DNA of 64,000 bases from Lingula anatina (lineage: Eukaryota; Animalia; Brachiopoda). The stretch lies in NCBI GenBank assembly GCA_051362555.1, contig CM120641.1:31750401-31814400 (forward strand), written 5' to 3'. Both the position numbers and the translations under genes were made by a program. The notes below the pieces were generated by a model. The model worked only from the letters and a program-made list of their open reading frames with translations. It was not told the DNA's origin and made no database searches. Positions 14,277 through 25,500 of the stretch are shown piece by piece (positions within the stretch are counted from its first letter, which is position 1; every line of letters starts with the position of its first letter).

Positions 14277-17200
14277 ACACACACACACACACACACACAC
14301 AGTGATGAAAGAACCACTAATCAAGAACAAATACTAATTGAAATTGATAAACTTTATAGTAGCCTGTTTTCTAACAGCTGTAATAAGAGCCTTGAGGAGT
14401 CGTACCTGGACCAATTGCAAATAGTTGATACGGATAGAATCTACATTTTAGACAGCAATATGTCAAAGCAATTAGAGGGTAAGATTAAATACCAGAAGCC
14501 CTTTTTGCTTTGAAAAGTATGAAAAACAAGACAGCAAAGCTGTCAAATGTACAGACAAAAGAAGAAAATAAAAATACTTAAAAAAAGGAAAAAAACTGCC
14601 TAACTTTTCTTAAAATCATCTAATCAAGCTGATTTTTGAACTTGTATTTTAGTAAGATTGATCACTCCTGTGAGTTTCAAGACAATATGCCTATCAGTTT
14701 TCCTTGAAATGTGTTATCAGTGTTGCACATATGCTGAAAAAAAGAGAAAAAAAAGCATAACTTTTGAAAAAATGGCCCGATCATGCTGATTTTTTAACTC
14801 GACCTGCATTTTATGAATATTCATCACATCTGTGTCTGTACATAAAAATGAAAATTTCATAAAGAAGTGCATTGCTTCCAAAACAGAAAGCAATTACACT
14901 GATTTTCCAACACAAGCTGCACTTCAGTCCTATGAATCTTTTCAGTAAGTTTGAGAACCATAAGAACCATGGTTTTCCCTTAATGGTCATCCTGGCAGCA
15001 GTGTCTAAAAGAGGGGTTTCTTCAACTTTATTGCGATATTAATTAATGCTTATCAGCATAATGGCCATCAATTTTTAGTGATAAAATATAAGTATCATGG
15101 ATATTCAGAAAACCATAATAATGAATATTTCACTAAAATGTATAACTTCCAGAAAAAGAAGACAATTAGACTGCTTGTCCAACTCAGGCTGCATTTTAGT
15201 CCTGTGTTTCTTTTTCAAAAATTTGACAGTCATAAGTAACACGATTTTCCCATAATGGTCATCATGGCGGCAGCACCAAAAATTGTGTTTTCTTCTATTT
15301 TGATGCAACATTACATAATGCTTAACGGCATAATCACCACCAATTTTGATAATGCACTGCAGGTAGACTCGCCTTTCAAGAAATTGACACCTTCAAGAAA
15401 TCAACGAAAACCAGAAGAATGTTTTTTTTTTTTTGCACTGTTTTTCCTGTCATGCCCATCATAAACACTGTGTTGTCAAATAAAATGAAGCATCTGATAC
15501 AAAGTAGTCCTGTGTTTCTTTTTTAAAAGTTTGACAGTCATAAGTAACAGGATTTTCCCATAATGGTCATCATGGCAGCAGCACCAAAAATTGTGTTTTC
15601 TTCTATTTTGATGCAACATTACATAATGCTTAACAGCATAATGACCATCAATTTTTAATAATAATAATATATACATATCATGGATTTTCAGAAAATGTGA
15701 CTAGCATGGGTCTTCAAGCCCGTGGAGGTTCTAAGTCACACCTTGAAAATATGTGAAAAATTAAATTTTCACAAAAATCTGTTTAATTGCCAGAAAAATT
15801 TACCAAACAGACTGCTTTGCCTACTAAAGCTGTATTTTAGTCCCATGTTTCTTTCTTGTAAGTTTGAGAACAGTAAGTGATATGGTTTTTCTTAAATGGT
15901 CTTCATGGGAGCAGTGCCCAAAATAGGGGTTTCTTTAAATTTTGATGCAATATTACATAATGTTTAACAGCATAATAACCATCAATTTTTAATAATAAAA
16001 TATTAGTATCATGGATATTCAGAAAATGTGACTAGCAAAGGTCTTCAGGCCCATGGAACTTCAAAGTCACAACTTGAAAATGCCAAAATGTAAACAAGAC
16101 AACAGTGTTCTGAAATGTTTTTTTTTTTTTTTTTCATTTTTAACAATTTTTAACATAAAACAAAATTTACAGTTTACTGCCATTTTTATATGATCAACTT
16201 AAAAAATTGATGAGATGGGGAAAAATATCAATCGAGCAGTGTTAAAAGTCCAATTTCTGAGATTCTGAACATAGTGAATGATTGAATCTGACAAACTGCA
16301 ATGATATGAGTTTATTTCCATTTTTGAAACTTTATTACACAATACACGATAACAAGTTTACCATCATTTTCACAAAATCAACTAACAATGTTGTAAAGAT
16401 GTAGGAAATGTCAAACAAACACTTTTACGTATCTTATTAATTAAATAATGAAACTGTTAACATGCCTAAGAATTGAATCTGAGGAAATGTGTAAAAACAG
16501 CATAACTTCTAAAATAATGGCCCGATTATGCAAATTTTTGAACTCAACCTGTATTTTAGCAGGATTGACCACTCCTGTGAGTTTAATGACAATTTTCTTT
16601 TTCTTATATTGTGTTTAGTGTTGCATATATGCTGAAAAGTGAAAAAAAAAAAAGCATAACTACTACAAGAGTGGTCCAATCATGAGGATTTTCAAACTTG
16701 ACCTGTGTTTTAGTAAGATCAATTACTCCTGTGAGTTTCATGACAACAGGCCTAACGGGTTTCCTTGAAATGTGTTTACAGTGTTGCATATATGCTGAAA
16801 AGTGAAAAAACAGCATAACTTCTACAATAATGGCCCGATCATGCTGATTTTCGAACTTGACCTGCGTTTTATGAATATTCATCAGCTCTGTTAATATAAA
16901 GCCAAAAAGTAAAACTGCCTTCCACTTATCTTGTTTCCAAGGAAAGTGCACAGTGCCGGCGACGACGGCGACGACAAACACAAGTGATGGCAATATGTAC
17001 AGACACATCTGTGTCTTTACATAAAAAACAATATAACTTATTAAATAATGGCCTGATCATGCTGATTTTTGAACTTGACCTGTGTGTTATCAATATTCAT
17101 CAGTTCTATATAAGTTTCAAGTCAAAAGGTAAAACAGTTTTCCACTTATCGTGTTATTAGTGTTGCATATAGGCTGAAAAAAAAAGAAAAACACTGTAAC

Positions 17201-18375
17201 TTAGATAAAAATGGTTATTATGGTTATTATTCCATTCTAAAACCATGTTATGGCAGCGATCTTACTGAGCTGCTGAAATCTGCAGGACTGATGACGTTTT
17301 TTTCACGGCGTATTATTTTTCATAGCCACTCTCACTATGACATTGACACACTATATTCTATAAAAATATATTTGAAAAGGCTGAGTGTTCAACATTTTTA
17401 ACAAAAATGCAAGATTCCCTGAGAAAAATGCCCTCGGGCAACTTGCTCAGTGCAACGTGACACTCCCAGTTTCAACTGACCTACATACTTCCCACTAAAA
17501 TAGAGATTTTACAAATATGGAAGGTTGTACAAAAAATTTATTCTTCGTGGCCAAATTTGAGCACATGTAGTTTCATAAATCGTTATTATGTCAAAAAATT
17601 AAGTTTGTCCATTTTTTCTGTAATCATTTTATTTTAGGGTACAAAATTCCATGGTCAGCTTGGGGAAAAATGCATGTGCTATTTTTAGACAGCTCATACA
17701 AGGCTTTCGTCGAAACTAAAATGTGAAATTTATATTGCACGCATACAGTTCTAAATTTTATTCATTTATGGTAGTATCAAGAGGAATAATGAGTTATTCA
17801 CAGAGCTTTATGGAAAACAGGGCACGAAACACATGTCGCGGAATATTTTGTGCAAGCGCGTAGGTGTTTTTGTAATAATTGCCGCTTATGCATTGATATG
17901 CCAGATCTGCGGACAGACTGCTATGTCCTGGTTGGCCATAAGCTAACGATATAAAAGTTTTCTCGGCTTGTGTTTGATACTTTTTATAATTTTTTTTTTT
18001 TTTTTTTTTTTTTTTTCAAAATCCCTGAAGAAGGCCTAGGGGCCGAAAGCTTGGATTACAAATTACATTTTAAAAAGTCAATTTTTTTTTCAAAATCCCT
18101 GAAGAAGGCCTAGGGAGCGAAAGCTTGGATTGCATATTATATCTTTATAGTAGATCTTCATAGATGCATCAATATCATAACTTTTTTTTACTTCTAAAAG
18201 ATCTATACCGTACGGTAATTTGATAAGAATATTCAATCTGTGTTTATGGAACGTGAGTGCAGGAGGATCCATACATTTATGTATAAATGTTATAATTAAA
18301 GGGTGATACTAAGATATACGTTATTGGTGATTTACCTGAAAAATAATTTGTCCATTTCCACAACGTTCCTTCCAT
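853..18375 (-). CDS. PLEKHA8: FAPP-family PH-domain protein (PLEKHA8/FAPP2 or PLEKHA3/FAPP1 ortholog), 3'-partial, spliced
   Basis: Exons 18375-18336, 13212-13096, 10939-10778, 8295-8165, 4058-3858 and 884-853 have GT-AG boundaries with consistent phases. They translate to [95 protein letters not shown]...[20 protein letters not shown]...[16 protein letters not shown], which matches the FAPP1/2 PH domain and following helical region. A GLTP domain, if present, lies outside the window, so PLEKHA8 vs PLEKHA3 is unresolved. Confidence 0.92.
1160..3490 (-). mobile_element. Non-autonomous Helentron-like family 1 (HINE-1), with nested insertions
   Basis: 3' end CAAGGCAGCAAAGCTG (reverse complement) at 1160; 5' palindrome ...GTCTGTACAT at 3490. 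Confidence 0.7.
3185..3292. repeat. Dispersed repeat shared with 44239-44350
   Basis: TACGTGTG..ATAACGATCG.TACAGTT..GCAAAACAACATTGT..ACCATTCAT..GAATCAATT in both. Confidence 0.65.
3858..4058 (-). CDS. PLEKHA8: PLEKHA8/3-like exon 5 ([24 protein letters not shown])
   Basis: Poly-T CAG| acceptor, AAG|GTAAAG donor, 201 nt. Confidence 0.88.
4631..4790. repeat. Dispersed repeat shared with 63057-63200
   Basis: AGATATTTTCTGACAGT..GATCCATCCTCCATTTT..GAAGACCCAGAAGATGG in both. Confidence 0.7.
5036..5216 (-). mobile_element. Short Helentron-like element, family 3
   Basis: TT|ACCTCTGCCAAGGAGG ... CCTTGGCAGAGGT ctgcactctcggagcgc ttttCTAG|TTT: sub-terminal IRs, hairpin and CTAG end. Confidence 0.8.
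5269..5358. repeat. (AT)n microsatellite
   Basis: Direct reading. Confidence 0.95.
8165..8295 (-). CDS. PLEKHA8: PLEKHA8/3-like exon 4 ([19 protein letters not shown])
   Basis: CTTCTTTAG| acceptor, CAG|GTTGGT donor, 131 nt. Confidence 0.9.
8362..10240. mobile_element. Kolobok-like MITE (TTAA TSD) carrying a nested 1.56-kb element
   Basis: TTAA|AGGGATAATAAC ... GTTATTATCCCT|TTAA. Confidence 0.8.
8621..10179. mobile_element. Non-autonomous TIR element with 5-bp TSD GGTAA
   Basis: GGTAA|CTGGGGTAGCAC ... GCGCGACCCCAG|GGTAA; the empty site is seen in the sister MITEs; partial inverted copy at about 49808-50548. Confidence 0.82.
10778..10939 (-). CDS. PLEKHA8: PLEKHA8/3-like exon 3 ([22 protein letters not shown])
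   Basis: AAG| acceptor, |GTATTG donor, 162 nt; lies within ORF 10689..10946. Confidence 0.9.
12700..12900 (-). mobile_element. Small LINE RT fragment
   Basis: [12 protein letters not shown] resembles the (E/Q)VSSFKYLG motif. Confidence 0.4.
13096..13212 (-). CDS. PLEKHA8: PLEKHA8/3-like exon 2 (PH domain, [18 protein letters not shown])
   Basis: TTTTTAG| acceptor, |GTGAGT donor, 117 nt, phase 1-1. Confidence 0.92.
13499..13578. repeat. (CT)n(AT)n compound microsatellite
   Basis: Direct reading. Confidence 0.95.
13657..13793. repeat. Palindromic (foldback) element; third arm at 13946-13978
   Basis: AAGAGACATGCAA..GGGCATACCCAGAAGGT / ACCTTCTGGGTATGCCC..TTGCATGTCTCTT. Confidence 0.7.
13822..13908. 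repeat. (GT)n(AT)n compound microsatellite
   Basis: Direct reading. Confidence 0.95.
14060..14526 (+). mobile_element. L1/Tx1-like LINE ORF2 fragment
   Basis: [20 protein letters not shown] motif, broken by microsatellites. Confidence 0.65.
14205..14301. repeat. (AT)n and (AC)n microsatellites
   Basis: Direct reading. Confidence 0.95.
14527..17022 (-). mobile_element. HINE-1 copies (short deleted copy 14527-14843 plus a longer copy to 17022)
   Basis: Same termini and internal repeats as 24381-26020. Confidence 0.75.
18020..18057 (+). ncRNA. Minimal type I hammerhead ribozyme motif (Penelope-like); second degenerate copy at 18094-18131
   Basis: Stem I AATCC/GGATT, core CTGAAGA(A), stem II GGCC-TAGG-GGCC, GAAA, palindromic AGCT stem III, CUU cleavage triplet. 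Confidence 0.7.
18336..18375 (-). CDS. PLEKHA8: PLEKHA8/3-like coding exon 1 ([13 protein letters not shown])
   Basis: ATG at 18375, 40 nt, donor G|GTAAAT. Confidence 0.9.
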
Positions 18376-18803
18376 CCATGAAGTTCCAGACTGGTTCATT
18401 TTGTCATTTTCTTTGGAAACAGTATTTGAGCTAGCACCTTGAACCCACATAATATTGCATGTACATTGTTTTGACTATTTTTCTTTTATTGGCAGATAGT
18501 CAAGGTATATTACAACGTTAAATGCCAATTGGCTTTTATAGAAATAACTGAATGTTCAAATCAAACAAAGGTAAATTTTACACGAAAAAAATACACTAAT
18601 AATCTAAAATTAAAATATGTTCCTAAGACTGCTTCAATATGACCTTGAACTAGTTTTTATTTATCCAATGAGAATATGCCCCATGTTGACCTATTTAAAG
18701 TGTGCCACGTTCCCAGGTTGTCATCTCTTAAGTCACTGCTGCTGGGTAATGCAAGGGAATTGACGCATTACAAAAGGTAACTTTTAACAGAAACTTTCAC
18801 AAA
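18376..18803. promoter_or_regulatory. Bidirectional promoter / 5' UTR region shared by the PLEKHA8-like and FKBP14-like genes
   Basis: 428 bp between divergent ATGs; CCAAT at 18665, TATTTAAA at 18692, GCCACGT at 18704. Confidence 0.75.
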
Positions 18804-19006
18804 ATGAATCTTTTCAAGTATTTGCCGACTTTTATGCTCGCTGTTTTAGCTCTTGCATCTGAGGAGAAAGTCGAAGAACAAGAGGAGCTCCAAGTTGAGA
18901 CAGTTTTTAAACCCGAAGAATGCGAGAGGAAGGCAAAACCCGGTGACATGCTTTCTATGCACTATACTGGCACACTTAAAACAGATGGTTCCAAGTTTGA
19001 TTCCAG
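18804..19006 (+). CDS. FKBP14: FKBP14-like exon 1
   Basis: ATG at 18804, AG|GTAAGA donor. Confidence 0.95.
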
Positions 19007-22000
19007 GTAAGAAGTTCTTCTAGTCTTTACTGGCATTATCCATCCTCTCTCTTTCATGTTAGACTATTTTTTAACTTGAGCTTATTTCTTGCTCATGTTT
19101 CATTTATAACTTACGTCATAGGACCCTAATTTAGACAACAAATGACACTTCTATAGAGCGAATTTAGGCATACATCTAGAAGGAATATCATTGTATATGA
19201 TCGCACAAAGCAGGCATTTGTTAATTTGATAGTAAAGTCTCATGAGCCATGTAAAGTCGTAACTTTGGGACCATTGAGTCGACACAAGTGACAACTTGTG
19301 CAGCTCTGAATTTGGACACTTAGTGTAAAATGTGTTTAAAGTACATACCCAAAAACCATCAGATTTCATTGAGCAACTATATTTGGACGCTTAAAGACAA
19401 AAAAAAAAAAAAAATTATCATGGACTGAAATGGACAACACTCTGGAAAACACTACTATTTAAAAGTACCTGTTGGAGAACATTTTATTTATCAGCTGATA
19501 TTGCATTGAAATTATAAGGTATTTATCAATATGTAATACCTATACAGTTTGCTTTACTGCCTGTATTACCTTGTGTGCATGATATAATGAGAAAGTCATT
19601 ATACATGGTCTAGGATTTGACATACGTCCCCTTTTACAATATGTGTTATTTCGTAATTTTAAATCTGTACAGTTTATGCCCTTGATGAACCTCTGGGCCG
19701 AAACAGTTATCTGGCAATAGTAGATAGAGGACCAAAAGCTCAGCCATCTTGAAAATTAGCTGGCTAGAATGCCTGCCGGGTGGGAAAACTTCTCTGCCCA
19801 TTCTGAAAGTTGTCTGCCCCAGGCAGACAGTCCAGCCTTAATTTCTAACACTGCTGATAGGATCATATTTATAGCTTGCAAGAAGGAAATTAAGATATAT
19901 ATTTATATATTTTATAATCTGTATTTGTTCACAAGTAAATTATTTGTCAGCTTACCAGGACTTCTGTGTCCTCATATCATGATTACAGTCATACAGTTAT
20001 CTTACAGAAGTCTTTTGAATAATTGTATAGTTAGTCTCATTAGCATACCTAATTTGCATTTCTTTTAAGATTTGGTACAAATCTTAATATCCTTCTCTAA
20101 TATTTTGATAACATCTGGCTTCAATGGTATCTTTTCTTCCTCATGTAAATTTAAATTGCGAAAGGAAAATCATAAAGCAAATTGTTCCATCTGTAGATGG
20201 TTATAATTGTACCACCACCAAAGGCGCTGGCAGTACCCATGGTTTTAGTCCCAACCCTTCTCGTTCAAGTTACATAATTATGTAGTAAGAATAGATTTCT
20301 TGTACAGCATATATAAATCACTACAAATGAATGTATTCAGAATTTTTAAACCCAGAGTCAAAATTCCCTACGTAATCAAAAGCAAATACCATTGACTGCC
20401 GTACTGCCAGTACTCACAATTCAAATGAAGTTGACAGGCCAAATGGTAAACCTAATTAATTACTCAGTCAGCCAAAACAAGGCTTTAAAACTGCACCCTC
20501 TTCAAATTTCTTGACATACATTGGACCTATGTATCTGTCCCTCCTGTTTGTAAAAGTCTGTTGATTAAATGACATATATACAGTAATGCATGTCACATTA
20601 CTGTTGCATGAGCAATATAATAGCAACCAGCATGTGCACTGGCAGCACTCATGGTTTTAGTTCAAATAAGGTTTGACATAAGCAATGGAGGGTTGGATAG
20701 AGCACAGAAGGAAATCAGAAAATATCTCTTCATAAATCATATTTCAGGAAAATTTGAAAAAATACTCTTTGGTATTGGAGTTTGTCCACAGTAAAGTAGT
20801 AAAGTATCAAAAAAGTGTGATGATTGACTTCATTTTATTCTTAATAATTTATTTTAAGTCACTAATACCAAACAATCAACCAGATTAAGAAGACAATTAT
20901 TTGGGTTAATCTCTATAGGCATATAAAGGAAAACATGCTCAGAAAAAAAGCTTTGTGGTCTTGATTTAAAACCGCTTTCAACAGCCTTTTTTCTGTATTT
21001 AGTAACATTCACTAAACTCACGGTAATTTTAATCTTTAAATTAATTTTAAGTACTTGTTCACTTTTTGTTATATTATCTCAGTTAAAAGGATACTAAAAT
21101 GTTACCAGTTTGTATTTACCCAGCCTTAATTCCTATGTTGCTGGTAACTTTGACATACTTGGGAAATTCAAAATAAGCTTTTTTCATCAGGCTGATATAT
21201 CAGTGATGAAAAATAGGATTAAATTAACCATTTTTTTTTATTCCTTTCAAAGTGTTTGCTTTTGACAGAAGACTGTTTCTACATCTTTAAGTTAGATGCA
21301 TTTGTTCAATGGTGACAATTGGTTGAGTTTAGTGGTACCCAGAGATTGGCATATATCAACTCGCTTCATATATATTACCTTTAAAAATTACAGTAAAAAT
21401 AGTGCAAGTTACTGTAAAAAGTATACACAACGAAAATGTCTGTGAATATTTATCATTGTAATGTGTTCTGTATATAAAGGCTTATGGTCTTGTTTTATTT
21501 TAAATGTAAAGGAACCAGTTTTAAATGTGTCTAAGTCAATCCATTTTAACTTTTATGTGAGACATTTTCAGTGCCACATCAGCAATTGCAGCGTTACACA
21601 AAGAGAAAAGTGCTCTTGTGGCATTTATCTGCCAAAATAAGTTTTCTTGGATATTTGGGCAATTTTCTTCTACTTACAAATCATTGCTCGACTCAGCCCC
21701 AGTCCTATGTTTTATCATGTCTGGTTTTAAAGGGATAATACCTCTTCTTATGAGATCTATATTTCACAATAAAAACATTGTGAACAACTCATAGAAATAT
21801 AACATATTCTGTTTTACCACAAAAATGGCAGTTATTATGCTATTATTCTGACATCTGAGCTTGTCTTCAGACCAAGTGGCTTCCATTGATGGTTATACTC
21901 AGTTAATATCTATTTAGAGATTATAACAAAAAAAAAACTTAGAAAAAAACAGGGACTAACTTTGAGTGTAAAAATGGATTAAATAACCTTTGGTAAGTAT

Positions 22001-22542
22001 CAGAAAATTGTTGTTTTCTCCAGGAAAATTAATTTTTTGGCCAAAAAGAGAGTTATTATCCCTTTAATTAGGCTTAAAAACATGCAAAAATTGGCATAGT
22101 TGACCACAAGTCATAAAGCTACCACCCCGTGCCGTCATTTCCTTTAAAATGTTTTTATTTATGGAGAAATGTGTCCCTAATTACAAATTTTCATAAACGA
22201 AGGCATTATCTTGCTTTATCAACGATAAAATCTGAACTTGCTGGCAGGGTTTTGGAGTATTAAATGGCATCATTAAATTGGTGTCAAAACAGTGTACATG
22301 GGTACTTGGGTAAACGAGAAATTTAAGAAACCAATTTTTATATACAGACACTGTAACTGAATGTATATATTCTGTTCAGTCTGCCTGTCCGTGTTGTCGC
22401 TGTCACCGTCACTGTTCGACAGATGACATTTGCCTCATAATTGCATAACCATTTGTTTGTGTGTTTTGCTTTAAATTTACTGACTGGCTTTGTTTGGTAA
22501 AGAGGCAGGTTGATTTCAAAAATCAGCATGATCGGTTTGCAT

Positions 22543-22581
<39 letters not shown>

Positions 22582-25500
22582 TTCTGTTTTATTTCAGCCA
22601 TGACAGAAATGAGCCTTTTAAGTTCCAGTTAGGAGCAGGTCAGGTGATCCAGGGCTGGGATCGTGGTCTCACAGATATCTGCATTGGGGAGAAAAGGAAG
22701 CTGGTTGTGCCATCAAGATTGGGCTATGGAGACCAGGGAGCAGGTAACTTAGTCACAATAGGGCCAGAAGATTCTGAGATATAGCTGCATCCTTTTTCGT
22801 CCATGCATCATTATTAGTACCAGGCTGGTGGTAGTCATGGTTTTAGTCCCGACCCGTATCGTACAGCTCTGTTGGCTCCACTGGGTGTCGTGGGATACAA
22901 GTCACTGTTACCACTTCTCCTCCTAGACCGCAAGGACCTGTGTCCCCACCTCGTGGATTTAGGTCACATGTAATCTCAACTTGAACCCCCTGGTATTTTT
23001 GTCTCAGTCCGTGCATTGGCCTAGGCGTGACGCTTGTCAAAATTTTTGAAAATTCATTGCTAAATATCTTCCAAACCAAAGGAATTATGGGGAAAAATTA
23101 ATTCTGCAACCGTAAATGCTAGAGACCTTTTGTGTTTTGCATTTTGTAGAACTTGTCAAGTGCAATACTGGAGGTGGTGTCCAATTTTTTGTATTCGATA
23201 CAGTTAAGGCGTTGCGCTATATAAAAAAGTACAACATCGGAATATTTAGTGGGGAAAATAAAATGTGAATTCCGTACTCCAAAATTAGCAGAGATACGCC
23301 CATAGTTACTATTGAACTTGAATAGGAAGTCATATACTGGTAATCTAACTGTGACCCTGAAATTGACATTGCCCTAATTTTCACCATGAACTAAATTTTG
23401 CAAATTTTTTATCCTTTATATCTCGAAAACTGGCAGAGATATGTCCAAAATGACCTTTGACCTACTTTTCATTATGAACTGCAATTTGTATGTTTTCTGA
23501 TCTTTATATCTCCAAAACTGGCAAAGATATGCCCATAGTTACTATTGAACTTGAATAGGAAGTCATATATTGGCAATCTAACTGTGACCCTGAAATTGAC
23601 CTTTGACCTAATTTTCACCATGAACTAAATTTTGCAAATTTTCCATCCCTTACATCTCCAAAACTGGCAGAGATAGGTCTGTAGTTACTACTGAACTCTA
23701 ATAGGAAGTCATATACTGGCAATCTAACTGTGAACTTGAAATTGACCTTTGACCTTTTTTTCATCATGAACTGAACTTTGCAACTTTTTATCTCTTATAT
23801 GTCCGAAACTGGCAGAGATACCCCCATTGGGAGCATTTACATCAAGAAGAGCCAGTCAAATAAGGCTGCGACCTAAATATGAGGACCTACATGAAAGGGA
23901 AACCGCTTAATCCTGTAATGCTCTCTCCGCCTCTCACACGTCTCCTCACACGTCTCCTCACACGTCATCCCTCGACCAGTTGAATTGAGCCGAGATTTAT
24001 CTAGTGTGCCCCTGCATGGACGACGTGCAGGGAGGTGTGTAAGAGGTGGAGAGACCATAAATGGATTAAGCAGTCTTTCTTTCATGTAAGTCCGCCATAT
24101 TTAGGCCTTACTAGACCTCGGGTCTTCTTGATGTGAATGCTCCCATTGTTACTATTGAACTTGAAGAGGAAGTCATATACTGGTGATCTGTGACCTTGAA
24201 ATTGACCTTTGACTTACTGACTTACTTCGCCATGAACCACACTTCACAAATTTGGATTTAAACTTTAACTTTTCCCCATGATTTTGTTTTAAATGGTAAT
24301 TTTCAACAAAATATTGAGAACTTTTGTTTACTACATTTTGTATAGCTTGTCAAACACAACACTGGAGGTGGTTCCTTTTTATGTACAGACACAGATGTGT
24401 CTGTACATATTGCCATCACCTGCGTCTGGCGATGCCGATGCTGATGCCGTGCACTTTCCTTGTAAACATGATAAGTGGAACACAGTTTTATTTTTTGCTT
24501 TTATATTAACAGAGCTGATGAATATTCATAAAACGCAGGTCAAGTTGGAAAATCAGCATGATCGGGCCATTATAGTAGAAGTTATGCTGTTTTTTCACTT
24601 TTCAGCATATATGCAACCCTGTAAACACATTTTAAGGAAAACCGTTGGGCCTGTTGTCATGAAACTCACAGGAGTAATCAATCTTACTAAAACGCAGGTT
24701 GAGTTCGAAAATCAGCATAATCAGGCCATTATTTTAGAAGTAATGCTGTTTTTTCACATTTCCTCAGATTCATTTCTTAGGCATGTTAATAGCCTTATTA
24801 TTTAACTAATTAGATATGTAAAAGTGTTTGTTTGACATTTCCTGCATCTTTACAACATTGTCAGTTGATTATGTAAAAATGATGGTAAACTTGTTATCGT
24901 GTATTGTGTAATAAAGTGTCAAAATGGAATCAAACTCATATCATTGCATTTTGTCAAATTCAATCATTCAGTATGTTCAGAATCTCAGAATGGAGGAAAT
25001 TGGACATTTAACACTGTTCTATTGATATTTTTCCCACCTCATCAATTTTCTTAGTTGATCATATAAAAATTGCAGTAAACTGTTAATTTTGTTTTATGTT
25101 AAAAAAATTGTTAAAAATGGGGAAAAAAACATTTCAGAACAGTGCTGTCTTGTTTACATTTTGGCATTTTCAAGTTTTGACTTTGAAGTTCCATGGGCCT
25201 GAAGACCTTTGCTAGTCACATTTTCTGAATATCCATAATACTAATATTTTATTATTAAAAATTGATGGTCATTATGCAGTTAAACATTATGTAATATTGC
25301 ATCAAAATTTGAAAAAAACATATTTTGGTCACTGCTCCCATGATGACCATTTCAGAAAAACCATGTCACTTACTGTTCTCAAACTTACAGGAAAGAAACA
25401 TGGGACTAAAATACAGCCTCAGTAGGCAATGCAGTCTGTTTGGTAATTCTTACTGCCAGTTAAACAGTTTTTTTTTTTAAACTTTAATTTTTCACATATT

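Noticed and set aside
13389-14330. ORFs with IYIY/CVCV/SLSL runs (also 5170..5370 and 40929..41159)
   Set aside because: Translations of dinucleotide microsatellites
18665-18683. Canonical ERSE (CCAAT-N9-CCACG)
   Set aside because: The sequence reads CCAAT-N9-CCCCA, which does not match
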